This document shows positions 34,100 through 44,693 of a DNA stretch of 64,000 nucleotides, piece by piece. The translations under genes were made by a program, and so were the position numbers. The stretch lies in the sequence record MH494197.1; one strand, given 5' to 3'. Numbering within the stretch: the stretch's first letter is position 1; each line of letters starts with the position of its first letter. The notes below the pieces were generated by a model. The model did no database searches, had not been told where the DNA came from, and saw only the letters and a list, made by a program, of their open reading frames with translations.

Positions 34100-35230
34100 T
34101 CTTCCCTAGATTGAAATGATTACTAAAATTAGTTTCACCAGTTTTACACCATTTATCTATACATTCCCTGTGAATGCATTTAATTCTACGCTGGATTTCA
34201 ACAATCTCTTCTAATGTACAGATGTACTTTTGTCAAATACTAATGACTCCTGAAATAGTGCAGCATCATCCATTAAGGTATAGTCCAGCATATCGGTTGC
34301 TTTACAACTAAATCCAGTACCAAGATCCATTAAATAAAATTGTGAATTCCAGAACTTTATAACCTTGCCCTTGTGTAGTTTAAATCACCTTTGTACAAAT
34401 TACAACACGTAATCAACTCACCCGTGTACATCCATGTCCCTATACAAAATTCTTTATATTTTATTTCCATCTTAATCTCTACTGTAATTAATAAGGTAAA
34501 CTCCAATATAAGGAGCACGTTGGGGCGGGGTATTTTTGTTTCAGGAAACATGAACTGTACTCTGAAAACACATTTTAAAACTTTATATTAAACATATACC
34601 TTAACATGTTTTTCAGCGAAAATTTTTTGACCCCAGCGGCCTGTGAAAATGAAACGTCTCTATTTATTCAGCCTAGAAAGCTTGATTTCTTCAATCCTTT
34701 TCATCGCACAAAGCCTTCGACTCGTCCTCTCGTACATATTCAATACTCGCTGTAATGCATTATCTGTATTATCTGAACTGCAATCTGAACCAAATATGTA
34801 TCCTTCAAAATCGAATCCATCATGAATTCAAAACCTTTCACACTAAAGCAATATACCACTTCCGGCTCTTCAAACGTAATCATAATTCCAATCTGTCCCA
34901 TCTAACCTTCTAAGATATCTTGCGTAAATTATTTCGAAATATCTGTGCAACGAAATTACGGATTGCTCATAATCATCATTCCTGTACATTGTGCATGTAA
35001 GAAAATCATTTAAACCGTAATCTAAACTGCACTTGAACTTCTCCTTTGCAACATCTCTAAAATTATCCATAATATGTCCTCTGCACAGCGTAGGTGTACT
35101 GTGAACTCAGCACCGTTAATAGGTAATCTATATTGTAAGCACGATTTCCTCGTTGACTAGCACGACTAGAATAAAGAATATTATCCACATATGTATTGAA
35201 CTGTTCTTCAAATAACTCTTTCATCAGCAC

Positions 35231-35260
35231 CCTTTAACAACCTTTAACAACCTTTAACAA
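35231..35260. repeat. perfect tandem repeat (CCTTTAACAA)x3
   Basis: three exact 10-mers spanning the stop codon of 35244..35600. Confidence 0.9.
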
Positions 35261-35600
35261 CTTTTGAAATGTAATCTTCTAATACACCAATGTTCTTTGT
35301 ATTCGTTCGAACTAAAAGATAACTTAAATTCTCGAACTCCTGAACATAATGCTTAACAGCGTACATGCATCGTAATTCAAAATCTGTATGAACCGTTTTG
35401 TACTGAAATAACATCTCTTCTGATGCATCTAAAAGCTCTGTAGCTTGTTCTGTACTGAACTTAAAGGGATTCTGTACTCCTGAACTAAAACACTTTTGTA
35501 CGTTCGTCTGGACACCCTGTGATAGATATAATCCTGTACTACCATCTTGTGTTGATATCGAATTGAAACCATTACTTGCAACCATTAAATCTGAACTCAA
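35244..35600 (-). CDS. family A hypothetical protein
   Basis: motif SEEMLFQYKTV. Confidence 0.6.
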   Translation of the reverse strand: MSSDLMVASNGFNSISTQDGSTGLYLSQGVQTNVQKCFSSGVQNPFKFSTEQATELLDASEEMLFQYKTVHTDFELRCMYAVKHYVQEFENLSYLLVRTNTKNIGVLEDYISKVVKGC

Positions 35601-35806
35601 TACAAATAATAATTTATCTTCCTTATGAATTAATAAATCTGACTTCAGGATTTTATTCCTGTACTGGTTATATCACCTATACTAAGATTGTCACTGAACT
35701 TCTCAGCGTTGTTCGCAATGCTCTGGACAAGATTTTTAATCTCTTAATGGCACTTCTGTCTTTTTCTAATGTATCTAATAAACTCATTGAACTCATTGTA
35801 CTTTCC

Positions 35807-36151
35807 TTACATATTTGTACCGAACAAAACGGAACTTTGAATACCATTAATCGACACTTCATGTACATATATATTTTGTCTGAATACCTGAAGCAATTGA
35901 ACTAAACTTTGTTGCATAATAATATGCATCGCTACATTATCAAAGGCCGTTTCGTATTGGAATCGTGCAGCTTCATCTTCTATTAAATTCGGAACTTGGA
36001 CTGGATTCTCAAAATTTGTCCTTGTACTGAACTGTACATCATTGTCCTGTACCTTAATACCATATGAATTATCATTGTTATCAACTACATCAAATTCAAT
36101 TAAACTACCATCTTTACTGACGTTCACTATATACACTGAAAATCTACTCAT
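35807..36151 (-). CDS. family A hypothetical protein
   Basis: motif DEAARFQYETA. Confidence 0.6.
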   Translation of the reverse strand: MSRFSVYIVNVSKDGSLIEFDVVDNNDNSYGIKVQDNDVQFSTRTNFENPVQVPNLIEDEAARFQYETAFDNVAMHIIMQQSLVQLLQVFRQNIYVHEVSINGIQSSVLFGTNM

Positions 36152-36194
36152 AATCCTATTTCCTTTAAATCTTCCAAAAATGTTTCATAATCAC

Positions 36195-36464
36195 TTAAGG
36201 AAAAAAGATATCCGTATCGATGTTCGCATCTAATACATTATACAAATTCTGCATCTGTAACACATCAGGAGCATCAATCAATGATTGCTGGAAATAGGCA
36301 GCTTCATCTTCTAAAATATCCCTGAATGTTCTCTCTCGTACTCTGTGGTGTACTGAATTGAATATTGATTTCTCATCCTTAAGCATTGGTAGGTATCGAA
36401 TGTACATGTGTTCTCTTAGCTCAGGACTGATGGAACCCTGAACTGTAACACGTATTCGAAGCAC
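36195..36464 (-). CDS. family A hypothetical protein (C-terminal part)
   Basis: motif DEAAYFQQSLI. Confidence 0.6.
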   Translation of the reverse strand: MLRIRVTVQGSISPELREHMYIRYLPMLKDEKSIFNSVHHRVRERTFRDILEDEAAYFQQSLIDAPDVLQMQNLYNVLDANIDTDIFFP

Positions 36465-36876
36465 ATAGCAACATCCTGAAGGTAATTGGCACTGTAATTA
36501 TTGCTGTAAACAATCTTATGACTTCTGAACTCATCATCATTTCTGAACCAATTGTCACCTACTTTGGTGTACTTATGACTAAGCAATCCACCCTCTAACG
36601 CTTTGATGATCTTCAAAATGTTGTGTGCAAATGCATATGATGTATTGTACTTGGCCTGATACATGTGTGCCTCATCTGCCTCATTTGGCGTTAAAATATT
36701 CACTGAAATGATTATAACACAAAAGCACCACTATGTTAAGCACTCTGTTGTCAAAATCATCTTGTGATGCAGGATGCAAGGACGCATTGATGTTAAAATT
36801 CACTATATCATTGTGGAATTGGTATGTGAACAAATCAAACTTCGTATGCCTTTGTTTGATATCATAGGCGGTCATA

Positions 36877-37080
36877 TTATATATTCAACCCTTTAACAAT
36901 GGAAATAAATTCTTTGTATACATTTTCAGGTAAAGCTTTACTACCATAAAGAATACTAAATTCAGGTAACATATCCGAAATCTCTTTCGCTAAATTTATT
37001 TCATCCCTGAACATTTGCACAGGCATGATATCCTGTACCAATGATAACTGAAAGAAAAATGATTCAATATCTTCATGCAC
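36877..37080 (-). CDS. family A hypothetical protein (fragment)
   Basis: motif IESFFFQLSLV. Confidence 0.55.
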   Translation of the reverse strand: MHEDIESFFFQLSLVQDIMPVQMFRDEINLAKEISDMLPEFSILYGSKALPENVYKEFISIVKGLNI

Positions 37081-37478
37081 CTCTGAATTTAAATAAATCT
37101 CTTCTGGAAACTGGGCTGTACTGTAATAATAAAATACATCAATTCTTTTTCATTATTTTGTACAAGAGGTAAATTTCTTTCGTCTCTCTTATTAATATTT
37201 GTTTTCCATGACTCAATGTTATTCGGAATCCAAAACTCATAAGGTGTCTTCTCCTGAAATATTATCCAGCTTCAATCCATAATATTCACCTTCTCCGTAC
37301 TTTTGCTTCAAAACAATACCTGTACTACTAATGTTTACAATGTACGTATCAACAATCCCTTCTGTGCTAAAAGGAATATTTAACTCTGAACCTTCAGGGT
37401 ACTTAGCATTGAATGCATCTAATGCTTTACTTAGCACTGGGATTGCACTGGTACTGTACTTCATTAATTGGTCTATGA

Positions 37479-37853
37479 TCATTTTAATTCTGTAATCACT
37501 GCATTTACTGCACTTGATGCAAATAAACTGATATTTGAACGATACATATCGTACACTGTACTTTCTTTCTTGTGCACAATGAAATCATAAAGATCAACGA
37601 ATGCAGGAATAATAATCTTGAATGATTTATTTGGGTACGTCCCAAAATCAACTGTACTCAATTTTGCAACGAGCATAACAACAAAGATTTCTTCTGGACT
37701 ATGCAATGTACTGTACTGAAAATATTCCTCAGCACTCATGGCACTTATTGCATTTATATCTTGTGTTTGTAATGTAATATTAAGATATTCAAAAATAGAA
37801 TAAAACTCTGATTTTGTTTGTATTTTGTATTTGTCAATTGGGGTATCTCTCAT
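37479..37853 (-). CDS. family A hypothetical protein
   Basis: motif SAEEYFQYSTL. Confidence 0.65.
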   Translation of the reverse strand: MRDTPIDKYKIQTKSEFYSIFEYLNITLQTQDINAISAMSAEEYFQYSTLHSPEEIFVVMLVAKLSTVDFGTYPNKSFKIIIPAFVDLYDFIVHKKESTVYDMYRSNISLFASSAVNAVITELK

Positions 37854-38120
37854 GAACCATAAACGATCTTGTCCATAAAAGGAATGATTGAATTTGGGGA
37901 AGCCAGAAATACTTCTTCACTATCAATATCCTTTAACTCAATTTGCATACCGGATGAATTGGCAATAATTAATTCATTAAAAATATAATGAACCTTGTGT
38001 ACAATCTCTTGTACTGAATTGAAATCATCTGGTATTTTAAAATTTTCCATAGGTATCTCCTTAAAATGATTACACATTGTACCATGCATTTGTACTCGTG
38101 TCAAACAAAAAGCCCATATC

Positions 38121-38618
38121 TTACGATACAGGCATGTTTATTTGAATTTCATTGTACAAATCATCAATATATAGACATGAAAACGATAAACTTTCTTTAA
38201 CTATATTGTTGTGATAAAGCATTTTAAATGCAATATAGAAAAATAAATCAATATCATCATGTACTAAATTCTGCTGGAACCACCACTCTTCTGTTAAATC
38301 TTGTGCATTAAAATCATCAGGAACTACAATTGACGACATATCAGCATCTTCTTTGTACTCAAACCACATGTCGTCATTTGGATAACGTTCATGCTTCTCT
38401 GGGTAACAATTGCTGGGATTAAATGCTAAAATATAAAATGCCGTCGCAGAATGTTCTTTATTATAAAATGAATTATTCCACACCTGATACCTTTCACCAA
38501 CATCAAACTCTTTTGATACTGATGTTATTGCACATAATGTACGATATATTGTTTCTATTTTGTGAACAAATTTAAAGGCTGCATCTAAACTGAACTCTAA
38601 ATCAGACATGCGGTGCAT
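38121..38618 (-). CDS. family A hypothetical protein
   Basis: motif TEEWWFQQNLV. Confidence 0.6.
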   Translation of the reverse strand: MHRMSDLEFSLDAAFKFVHKIETIYRTLCAITSVSKEFDVGERYQVWNNSFYNKEHSATAFYILAFNPSNCYPEKHERYPNDDMWFEYKEDADMSSIVVPDDFNAQDLTEEWWFQQNLVHDDIDLFFYIAFKMLYHNNIVKESLSFSCLYIDDLYNEIQINMPVS

Positions 38619-39042
38619 AAAATTACCTCAACTAAAATAAGAACGGTATTGAATTCGAGGCAACCTTTGATACCTTGATTGTACATGTACTTTGCTACTA
38701 CATATTTCTGTACTAAATTATAATTATTAAATTCCTCAAAATTGTAATTTAGAATGAAATTTGTACTCAAAAATAACTTATGCATCTCTAATGCACTCTG
38801 ATAATATTTGTACAACTCACTGATATCAATACTTTGTAAATCACTTTGTTCATATGTATGATAAGGAATGGCGTCAATATCAATATTATTAAACCATTCT
38901 CTTAACTTATTAATATCAAATGTATTATTCAGCTTCATAACTCAATACCTCCATTAAGCACTCATAAACACCATCAATCGCATAAGCACAAAACTGAAAT
39001 TAATTTTGTTATTCTTGTGTAATGGACTATCGTGTACTGTAC

Positions 39043-39336
39043 TCAACATAACACTATAAAACAAAGAACGTTCATGTGTAAATAATGATTCCTGAAAAAT
39101 GCTTCCTCTGATTTAATTTTATTATATTCAATCGATTGATCATTAGAATAAAATGAATCTTGATTTGAATTGTACCATGTGTAATCCAAATCATTCTTTG
39201 ATATAACTGGTGTTGGATTAAACTGTAAAAGACTAATAACACTACGGGCATTTGGGGTATCAGGTGTATTGAATCGTTTATCAAAATGACTCGTGCACGC
39301 AATATGTGAATCAAAATCAGATGGTTTAAACCCCAT
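39043..39336 (-). CDS. family A hypothetical protein (frameshifted)
   Basis: adding one T to a T-run restores EEAFFQESLF. Confidence 0.5.
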   Translation of the reverse strand: MGFKPSDFDSHIACTSHFDKRFNTPDTPNARSVISLLQFNPTPVISKNDLDYTWYNSNQDSFYSNDQSIEYNKIKSEEAFFRNHYLHMNVLCFIVLC

Positions 39337-39480
39337 GAATGCGTTAATGATTCTTGTATATGGTTTTTATTATGTGCTGCTTTCTGTACATTATATAAGG
39401 CTGCAACAATACAAGCTAACTTTTGTCCCATAAGGATTGCATTAGCGTAGGTGTACTGAATTTCATTGTACTCATTGCTT

Positions 39481-39690
39481 TCATTGTACTTCGAGATCAT
39501 GGAACAGCCTCACTTTGCCTAACTCGTCATTGGATATTAATTCGTTAACAGCTTTTTGTATATTCTTTAATAATAGCACATCAAATCCTTTTGTGTCAAG
39601 CACACATTGCATTTGGAAGAATTCTTCTTCTGATAATGTATTAAAATCCACAAAATTGTCTAATATTACGTCATTATCCAAATGTGCCAT
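39481..39690 (-). CDS. family A protein, paralog of 39818..40129 (true start ~39795)
   Basis: DFNTLSEEEFFQMQ shared with the neighbouring gene. Confidence 0.7.
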   Translation of the reverse strand: MAHLDNDVILDNFVDFNTLSEEEFFQMQCVLDTKGFDVLLLKNIQKAVNELISNDELGKVRLFHDLEVQ

Positions 39691-39817
39691 GTGCCATGTA
39701 TTTCTTTCGAGCGTTTAATAAAATTCCATCCATCTGGATAATCGGGTTCTAATTCTACATATATCCCCGATACTGTATAAAGCATTTTATATATCATAAC
39801 TATTGTACTCATTGTTT

Positions 39818-40129
39818 TCACTGTACGTCGATGTCATAATACGCTCCTACCTCATAATCTTTCTTGCTTTGGAATTCATTAACGACTTTCTGTATATTTC
39901 TTAATGTTACCATGTCATGTCCGTACATGTCAACCACCAATTGCATTTGGAAAAATTCTTCTTCAGATAATGTATTAAAATCTATAAAATAATCCGTAAC
40001 AACCTGTGCGTCTAAATTTGCCATGTACCATTGATTGGTATCGACCTCTTTAACCAAATTCCATGCATCTGGATCGGATTCTAATTCTACATATATTAAT
40101 GTTAATGTATAAAGCATTTTATACTTCAT
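39818..40129 (-). CDS. family A protein
   Basis: MKYKMLYT start; DFNTLSEEEFFQMQLV. Confidence 0.7.
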   Translation of the reverse strand: MKYKMLYTLTLIYVELESDPDAWNLVKEVDTNQWYMANLDAQVVTDYFIDFNTLSEEEFFQMQLVVDMYGHDMVTLRNIQKVVNEFQSKKDYEVGAYYDIDVQ

Positions 40130-40463
40130 AACTATATCCTTGCATTAATAAATCATAAACGTTTGAAAGGTGCGGAATTTTGATATAAAATTTAAAACCC
40201 TTAATTAAAGGATTCGCGTACAATGAACTGAATAACTTTAGATAATGTATTTGACGAGGACTGTATAATAACGATTTCTGAAATAATTCAGCACTACAAT
40301 CTGAACTAATATCAATTAAATCAATTCGTGCTTCTACTTCATCATCTTGTTTCAAAACATAAAAGAAATAATCGTTTGTGTTGACCCACAAATACCCTTC
40401 ACTATTTTCGTATATAACAGGAGATGCTTGTTCTGGATTGCCTTGGCAAATGCTGCAAAACAA
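40119..40463 (-). CDS. family A protein, paralog of 40700..41014
   Basis: EGYLW, AELFQKSLLY, C-terminus YDLLMQGYSYEV. Confidence 0.7.
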   Translation of the reverse strand: MFCSICQGNPEQASPVIYENSEGYLWVNTNDYFFYVLKQDDEVEARIDLIDISSDCSAELFQKSLLYSPRQIHYLKLFSSLYANPLIKGFKFYIKIPHLSNVYDLLMQGYSYEV

Positions 40464-40699
40464 ACTTTTGCATTACTTTCATCTTTAAACATAAACGATA
40501 ATTTATCATATCTATCTTCTATGCGTAAATCACCTATAAAATGTACTTATGCATAGAATGATTATTCTTGAGCATAAGCATTACTGTACTAATCTTGTGT
40601 GCTAATAATTCTATCTCATTCATATATTATTACCTATTGATTGATACATCGTCATTGTCTTCTAATTCAACATAAATCATATCTTTTGTATAAAGCATT

Positions 40700-41014
40700 T
40701 TATACTTCATAACTATATCCTTGCATTAAAAGATCATAAGCAATATCAACTAATTCTAAACGAATGAAAAATTTTAAATTATCTTTCAATGGATTCAAAT
40801 GCATTGTACTAAACAACATAAGATACTTCATTTGATTTGTATTGTATATTAGGGATGTCTGGAATACTTCTGCTTCATTGTAAGGATCAATGAATTTTAT
40901 ACCTTCTTCACTGTAATCCGTTTTGGAATTCTGATATATAAAATAATCATCACCAGCATTGTACCACAAATAACCTTCAAAACTGGAATCAAATTCTGAA
41001 TTTTCATTTCGCAT
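40700..41014 (-). CDS. family A protein
   Basis: EGYLW, AEVFQTSLIY, C-terminus YDLLMQGYSYEV. Confidence 0.7.
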   Translation of the reverse strand: MRNENSEFDSSFEGYLWYNAGDDYFIYQNSKTDYSEEGIKFIDPYNEAEVFQTSLIYNTNQMKYLMLFSTMHLNPLKDNLKFFIRLELVDIAYDLLMQGYSYEV

Positions 41015-41964
41015 TAAAGGTGATACTGAAATTGGATTTGAACCAACTGTTGCACAAACCTCAATGAAAGCATCTTCATTTCCTTAACTTCTTCTTTGAT
41101 TTTATCATTGTACTGACCTGCAAAACCAGCTTTCACTTCCAAATATAAACTACTCCCAACTTTATTAATTCTTAAAAGGGAACTCTGTACTGTATTCGCA
41201 TTGTTCAGCACTAACGATATTGTGCAAATCTTATGTACCAATAACTCAATATCATTCATATTGGTATTCCTTAATTTGGTGGATTTGGATGTAATAACTG
41301 ATCTATATAATTTAAATGTTCTATTGTAACTAATGAAAGATAATAATTGTAATTATCTATACCACCCTTTAAATGTATATTGTAATACATCTTGATACTT
41401 ACTAATAAAGAATCATTTAAATCATTTATTGCTTTTGTATTAACGGTTTTCATTAATGTTCTTCTCTTAAAAACGCTTAATGGCACAATCTAAATAAAAA
41501 TCATAATACATCATATCTCTATTCTTAACCCATACACAATAATCTGCATTAATATTTCTTAATAATATATTCATATTATAATCTTCACACCCTAATCGTG
41601 CCATTTAATAGGATACTCCGTTCCATTTATTGTATAAGATATAATCCATCCGTAATGAATAGGATGATTTTTGTCTGAATCAGGAATAAAATATAAAGAT
41701 GTACTGGGTTATAACTGAATAAATCGTTGTTACCAATTGTAAAATGTGATAACTCAATCTTCCTTGTACCTGTACTTGGACGAAGAACATTCTTAACACC
41801 GAAGACTGTACCTTGATATTTCTCGGAAAATTCAAACAATGCATCTGCAATTAAATCACGAAACTCCGCATGTATGGTTTCAAAAAATCTATATTACACG
41901 ATGTTTTAATATCCTTGAACTCCTTATATAAAGAGCTTCTTGTATTCAAAAGAAATATTACTTT

Positions 41965-42165
41965 TTAAGATCCTGAACTATTTCTGGATTCATATTCATT
42001 TATCTCATTCTGTAACTTAAGCATCAAAATTTGCATATTAATTTTTTGTACAAGGTGATTGAGAAATTTCTGTACTGTATCTTCTTGTTCTTTTGACCCA
42101 AGATAAAATAACATATTAAATTCCGATAACCTCAGAGCAAAATCTTCCTCTCCCCTCGTAAACAA
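41965..42165 (-). CDS. family B small protein
   Basis: LFYLGSKEQED. Confidence 0.6.
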   Translation of the reverse strand: MFTRGEEDFALRLSEFNMLFYLGSKEQEDTVQKFLNHLVQKINMQILMLKLQNEINEYESRNSSGS

Positions 42166-42199
42166 AAATCCCTGTACTTTGAAGCGTACAAATATTGGT

Positions 42200-42412
42200 T
42201 TACCTTTTTATACCTTTGGGTCTGCATTGTATCTCCTTTTTCAAACACCTTATTAGATTATCAACGTATTGGTCCTGTACTATTGTCCCTAGATAAAATA
42301 ATACATCGAACTCTGATAATTTTATATTGAAAGGATCTACATATACATCTTTAATAAACTCTTTGTACTTCAAAATATATGCATTAGGTAAATTCTTATA
42401 TATCGATTTCAA
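42200..42412 (-). CDS. family B small protein
   Basis: LFYLGTIVQDQYV. Confidence 0.65.
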   Translation of the reverse strand: MKSIYKNLPNAYILKYKEFIKDVYVDPFNIKLSEFDVLFYLGTIVQDQYVDNLIRCLKKEIQCRPKGIKR

Positions 42413-42626
42413 TGATCCTCCCTGACATACCTTGTATTAGCTTATCATACATATCTAGCATTACTTTTTGAATACTAATTAATACTGGCATCGTGCAAAT
42501 ATCAATGTCGTATATTAAGCTGTACTGGAATAATTCCTCTTCCTGCATTTGTACTAAATTAGGTAAAAGATAATTGTCTGCCTCTTCATCCGGTACTTGA
42601 ATGCATAACGCCATCCTTTTGTACAA
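42396..42626 (-). CDS. family A protein (C-terminal part)
   Basis: QEEELFQYSLI. Confidence 0.6.
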   Translation of the reverse strand: MYKRMALCIQVPDEEADNYLLPNLVQMQEEELFQYSLIYDIDICTMPVLISIQKVMLDMYDKLIQGMSGRIIEIDI

Positions 42627-42712
42627 AAGAATGTCAATATCACCTAACTCTTCTGCATAACCAAAAATACATATACTGATGTTTTTGCTATATTAAATTT
42701 CATATTCTTCTC

Positions 42713-43063
42713 TTATATGTGGAATTCACATACGTGTTGAACAAAATTCTTTGGAAGATGACAATGTGTAATCATCTGCTTTTGTACTTCCTTCATATCT
42801 TCGAATGTAAATCCTAAAGAATCATCATGTACTAACAAGTACTGAAACTCTTCTTCTTCAGAGATAGAACATAAATTCGGTACTGAAATTGTGTTTGTTT
42901 TTCTTGCACCTAATTTCCAATGAAAAGAATTATTGCATTTTCTGTACTCAAATATCTTCAACCCAGAACCTGTATTAAAATCAGCTACTACAATGTAACA
43001 TGAATTCTTACGTACAATACAATTGAACTTACGCATTATCTCCACCTCTCTCCGTCTGTACAA
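42713..43063 (-). CDS. family A protein
   Basis: SEEEEFQYLLVH. Confidence 0.6.
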   Translation of the reverse strand: MYRRREVEIMRKFNCIVRKNSCYIVVADFNTGSGLKIFEYRKCNNSFHWKLGARKTNTISVPNLCSISEEEEFQYLLVHDDSLGFTFEDMKEVQKQMITHCHLPKNFVQHVCEFHI

Positions 43064-43340
43064 GAGTACTGGTACGTTGTAGTTAGGGTAGGGACCATGT
43101 TTGTAATGGGCATATTATTAACAATAACGGTAACAGGCATAAGAATCGTCTCTTCTCTACTCTGTCCTGTCCTTGTGCAATTCATCTTTTGCATTTCATC
43201 GGACTCCATGAAATACAATACAAATGGTGCAATCCCAAGAACAATACACAAGACGATAAGGAAATTTAAAAATTCAACATAATTTTCTACCCTATGATTA
43301 ACGTACAGGTACTATATCAGTAATGAAAAGTACTGTCAAG

Positions 43341-43715
43341 CTAGTATTGCACTGTTCTAATGAAAGTACCTTTACTCATGGATTTAAGCTTATGAACCTC
43401 TTCCTGCATACCCTTAATTAACCCTAAAGGTATAGGTAAATCATGTACTAAGCTGTACTGAAAGTATTCTTCTTCAGATAAAGTACTAACATCTGGAATG
43501 CCAATTTTAGTTAGATAATCTTGATGTGTTGACCAATAAATTATATCTTCAGTACTATTGTACTCCCCATATACTGAACAATATTGATGAATATCTTTCC
43601 TGTACCCTTGAGCAATAAAGAACTTATCTACTGCATTACCAGCATTAATAGAATTCACTTCGATTGTCACAGTACTTGAGCTTGTTTTTCCTTTACTATG
43701 CATATTAATCCCCAA
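43341..43715 (-). CDS. family A protein
   Basis: LSEEEYFQYSLVH. Confidence 0.65.
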   Translation of the reverse strand: MGINMHSKGKTSSSTVTIEVNSINAGNAVDKFFIAQGYRKDIHQYCSVYGEYNSTEDIIYWSTHQDYLTKIGIPDVSTLSEEEYFQYSLVHDLPIPLGLIKGMQEEVHKLKSMSKGTFIRTVQY

Positions 43716-43891
43716 ATTAGATATCGAACACTATCAGCTTGATAGTTAGTTCCTACTGTGTGTTTTAATATTAACTCATCTTTCAGTACTGAACATTCTG
43801 CATTAGATATAGGAAGAGAATTAATTCTTTGAATTTCTGGTCGCAAAATACCGCGAAGCTTGCGGTAATCTTCGTATGATAATATTTTCAT
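43667..43891 (-). CDS. family B small protein
   Basis: HTVGTNYQ. Confidence 0.65.
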   Translation of the reverse strand: MKILSYEDYRKLRGILRPEIQRINSLPISNAECSVLKDELILKHTVGTNYQADSVRYLIWGLICIVKEKQAQVL

Positions 43892-44238
43892 TGTTTAGTA
43901 CTCAATAATGTGTTCTTCATAATCACCATTAGGCTCTGTTTAGCTTCTTTCATTAGTACTATCATTTTATGTACTAATGGCATAGGAAATTCTAAATCCC
44001 ATACTAATGATTCTTGAAAGTATTCCTCTGGTGATAAAGTACTTAAATCTTTAATATCAACGTGCTTGTATATTTTATTTTCGTAATTAACAAATGATAT
44101 ATATAAATCATTAATATAAGAATCATACGTAATTGTGAATGGCTTACCCTTGTAGTCCATTACATCTCTACATAGACTACTTTTGATATATATATGTTCA
44201 TAGGATTTATATACCTTGAGTTGTATATTAGTTTTCAT
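43888..44238 (-). CDS. family A protein
   Basis: LSPEEYFQESLVW. Confidence 0.65.
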   Translation of the reverse strand: MKTNIQLKVYKSYEHIYIKSSLCRDVMDYKGKPFTITYDSYINDLYISFVNYENKIYKHVDIKDLSTLSPEEYFQESLVWDLEFPMPLVHKMIVLMKEAKQSLMVIMKNTLLSTKQ

Positions 44239-44471
44239 ATTTCTCTTTATTAGATTGTGTGGTTTTATAGTGAATGAAATCTATTAATGTAATCAAGTAC
44301 AACGTCAAATAGTACTCTTGTTGATCTGTACCTAATGATACAAAGAACTTGTGCTCATAGATTAAAACCTGTTTCTCTTCAAATGGACATTTAATCCTCT
44401 GTATAGGCTTAAGTAAATGATAGTACTTATTAAATCTATGATACATTTCTAGTTCTGTCAGTACTTTCATA

Positions 44472-44693
44472 TTAAACACGTACTCCATTAGCTGTAGCAT
44501 CACGTAAAGCTGTCAAATACTTCTGTACTGCTTGCTCTTGCTTATTTGTACCTAAAAGTATATACATCCATAATTCACTGTAATGTACATCTTCTGTATA
44601 AGGGTTGTTGTAACTTTTTGATAATATAGCATCAAATTCAGATGCATGAACCCTTGTGAACTTAAGAATATCTTGTTGTGTTATGATTCTCAT
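44472..44693 (-). CDS. family B small protein
   Basis: MRIITQ start; ILLGTNKQEQAVQKYL. Confidence 0.7.
   Translation of the reverse strand: MRIITQQDILKFTRVHASEFDAILSKSYNNPYTEDVHYSELWMYILLGTNKQEQAVQKYLTALRDATANGVRV

Noticed and set aside
34500-34650. GC-rich patches (GGGGCGGGG, CCCCAGCGGCC) as a special element
   Set aside because: No repeat, stem or promoter consensus could be supported.
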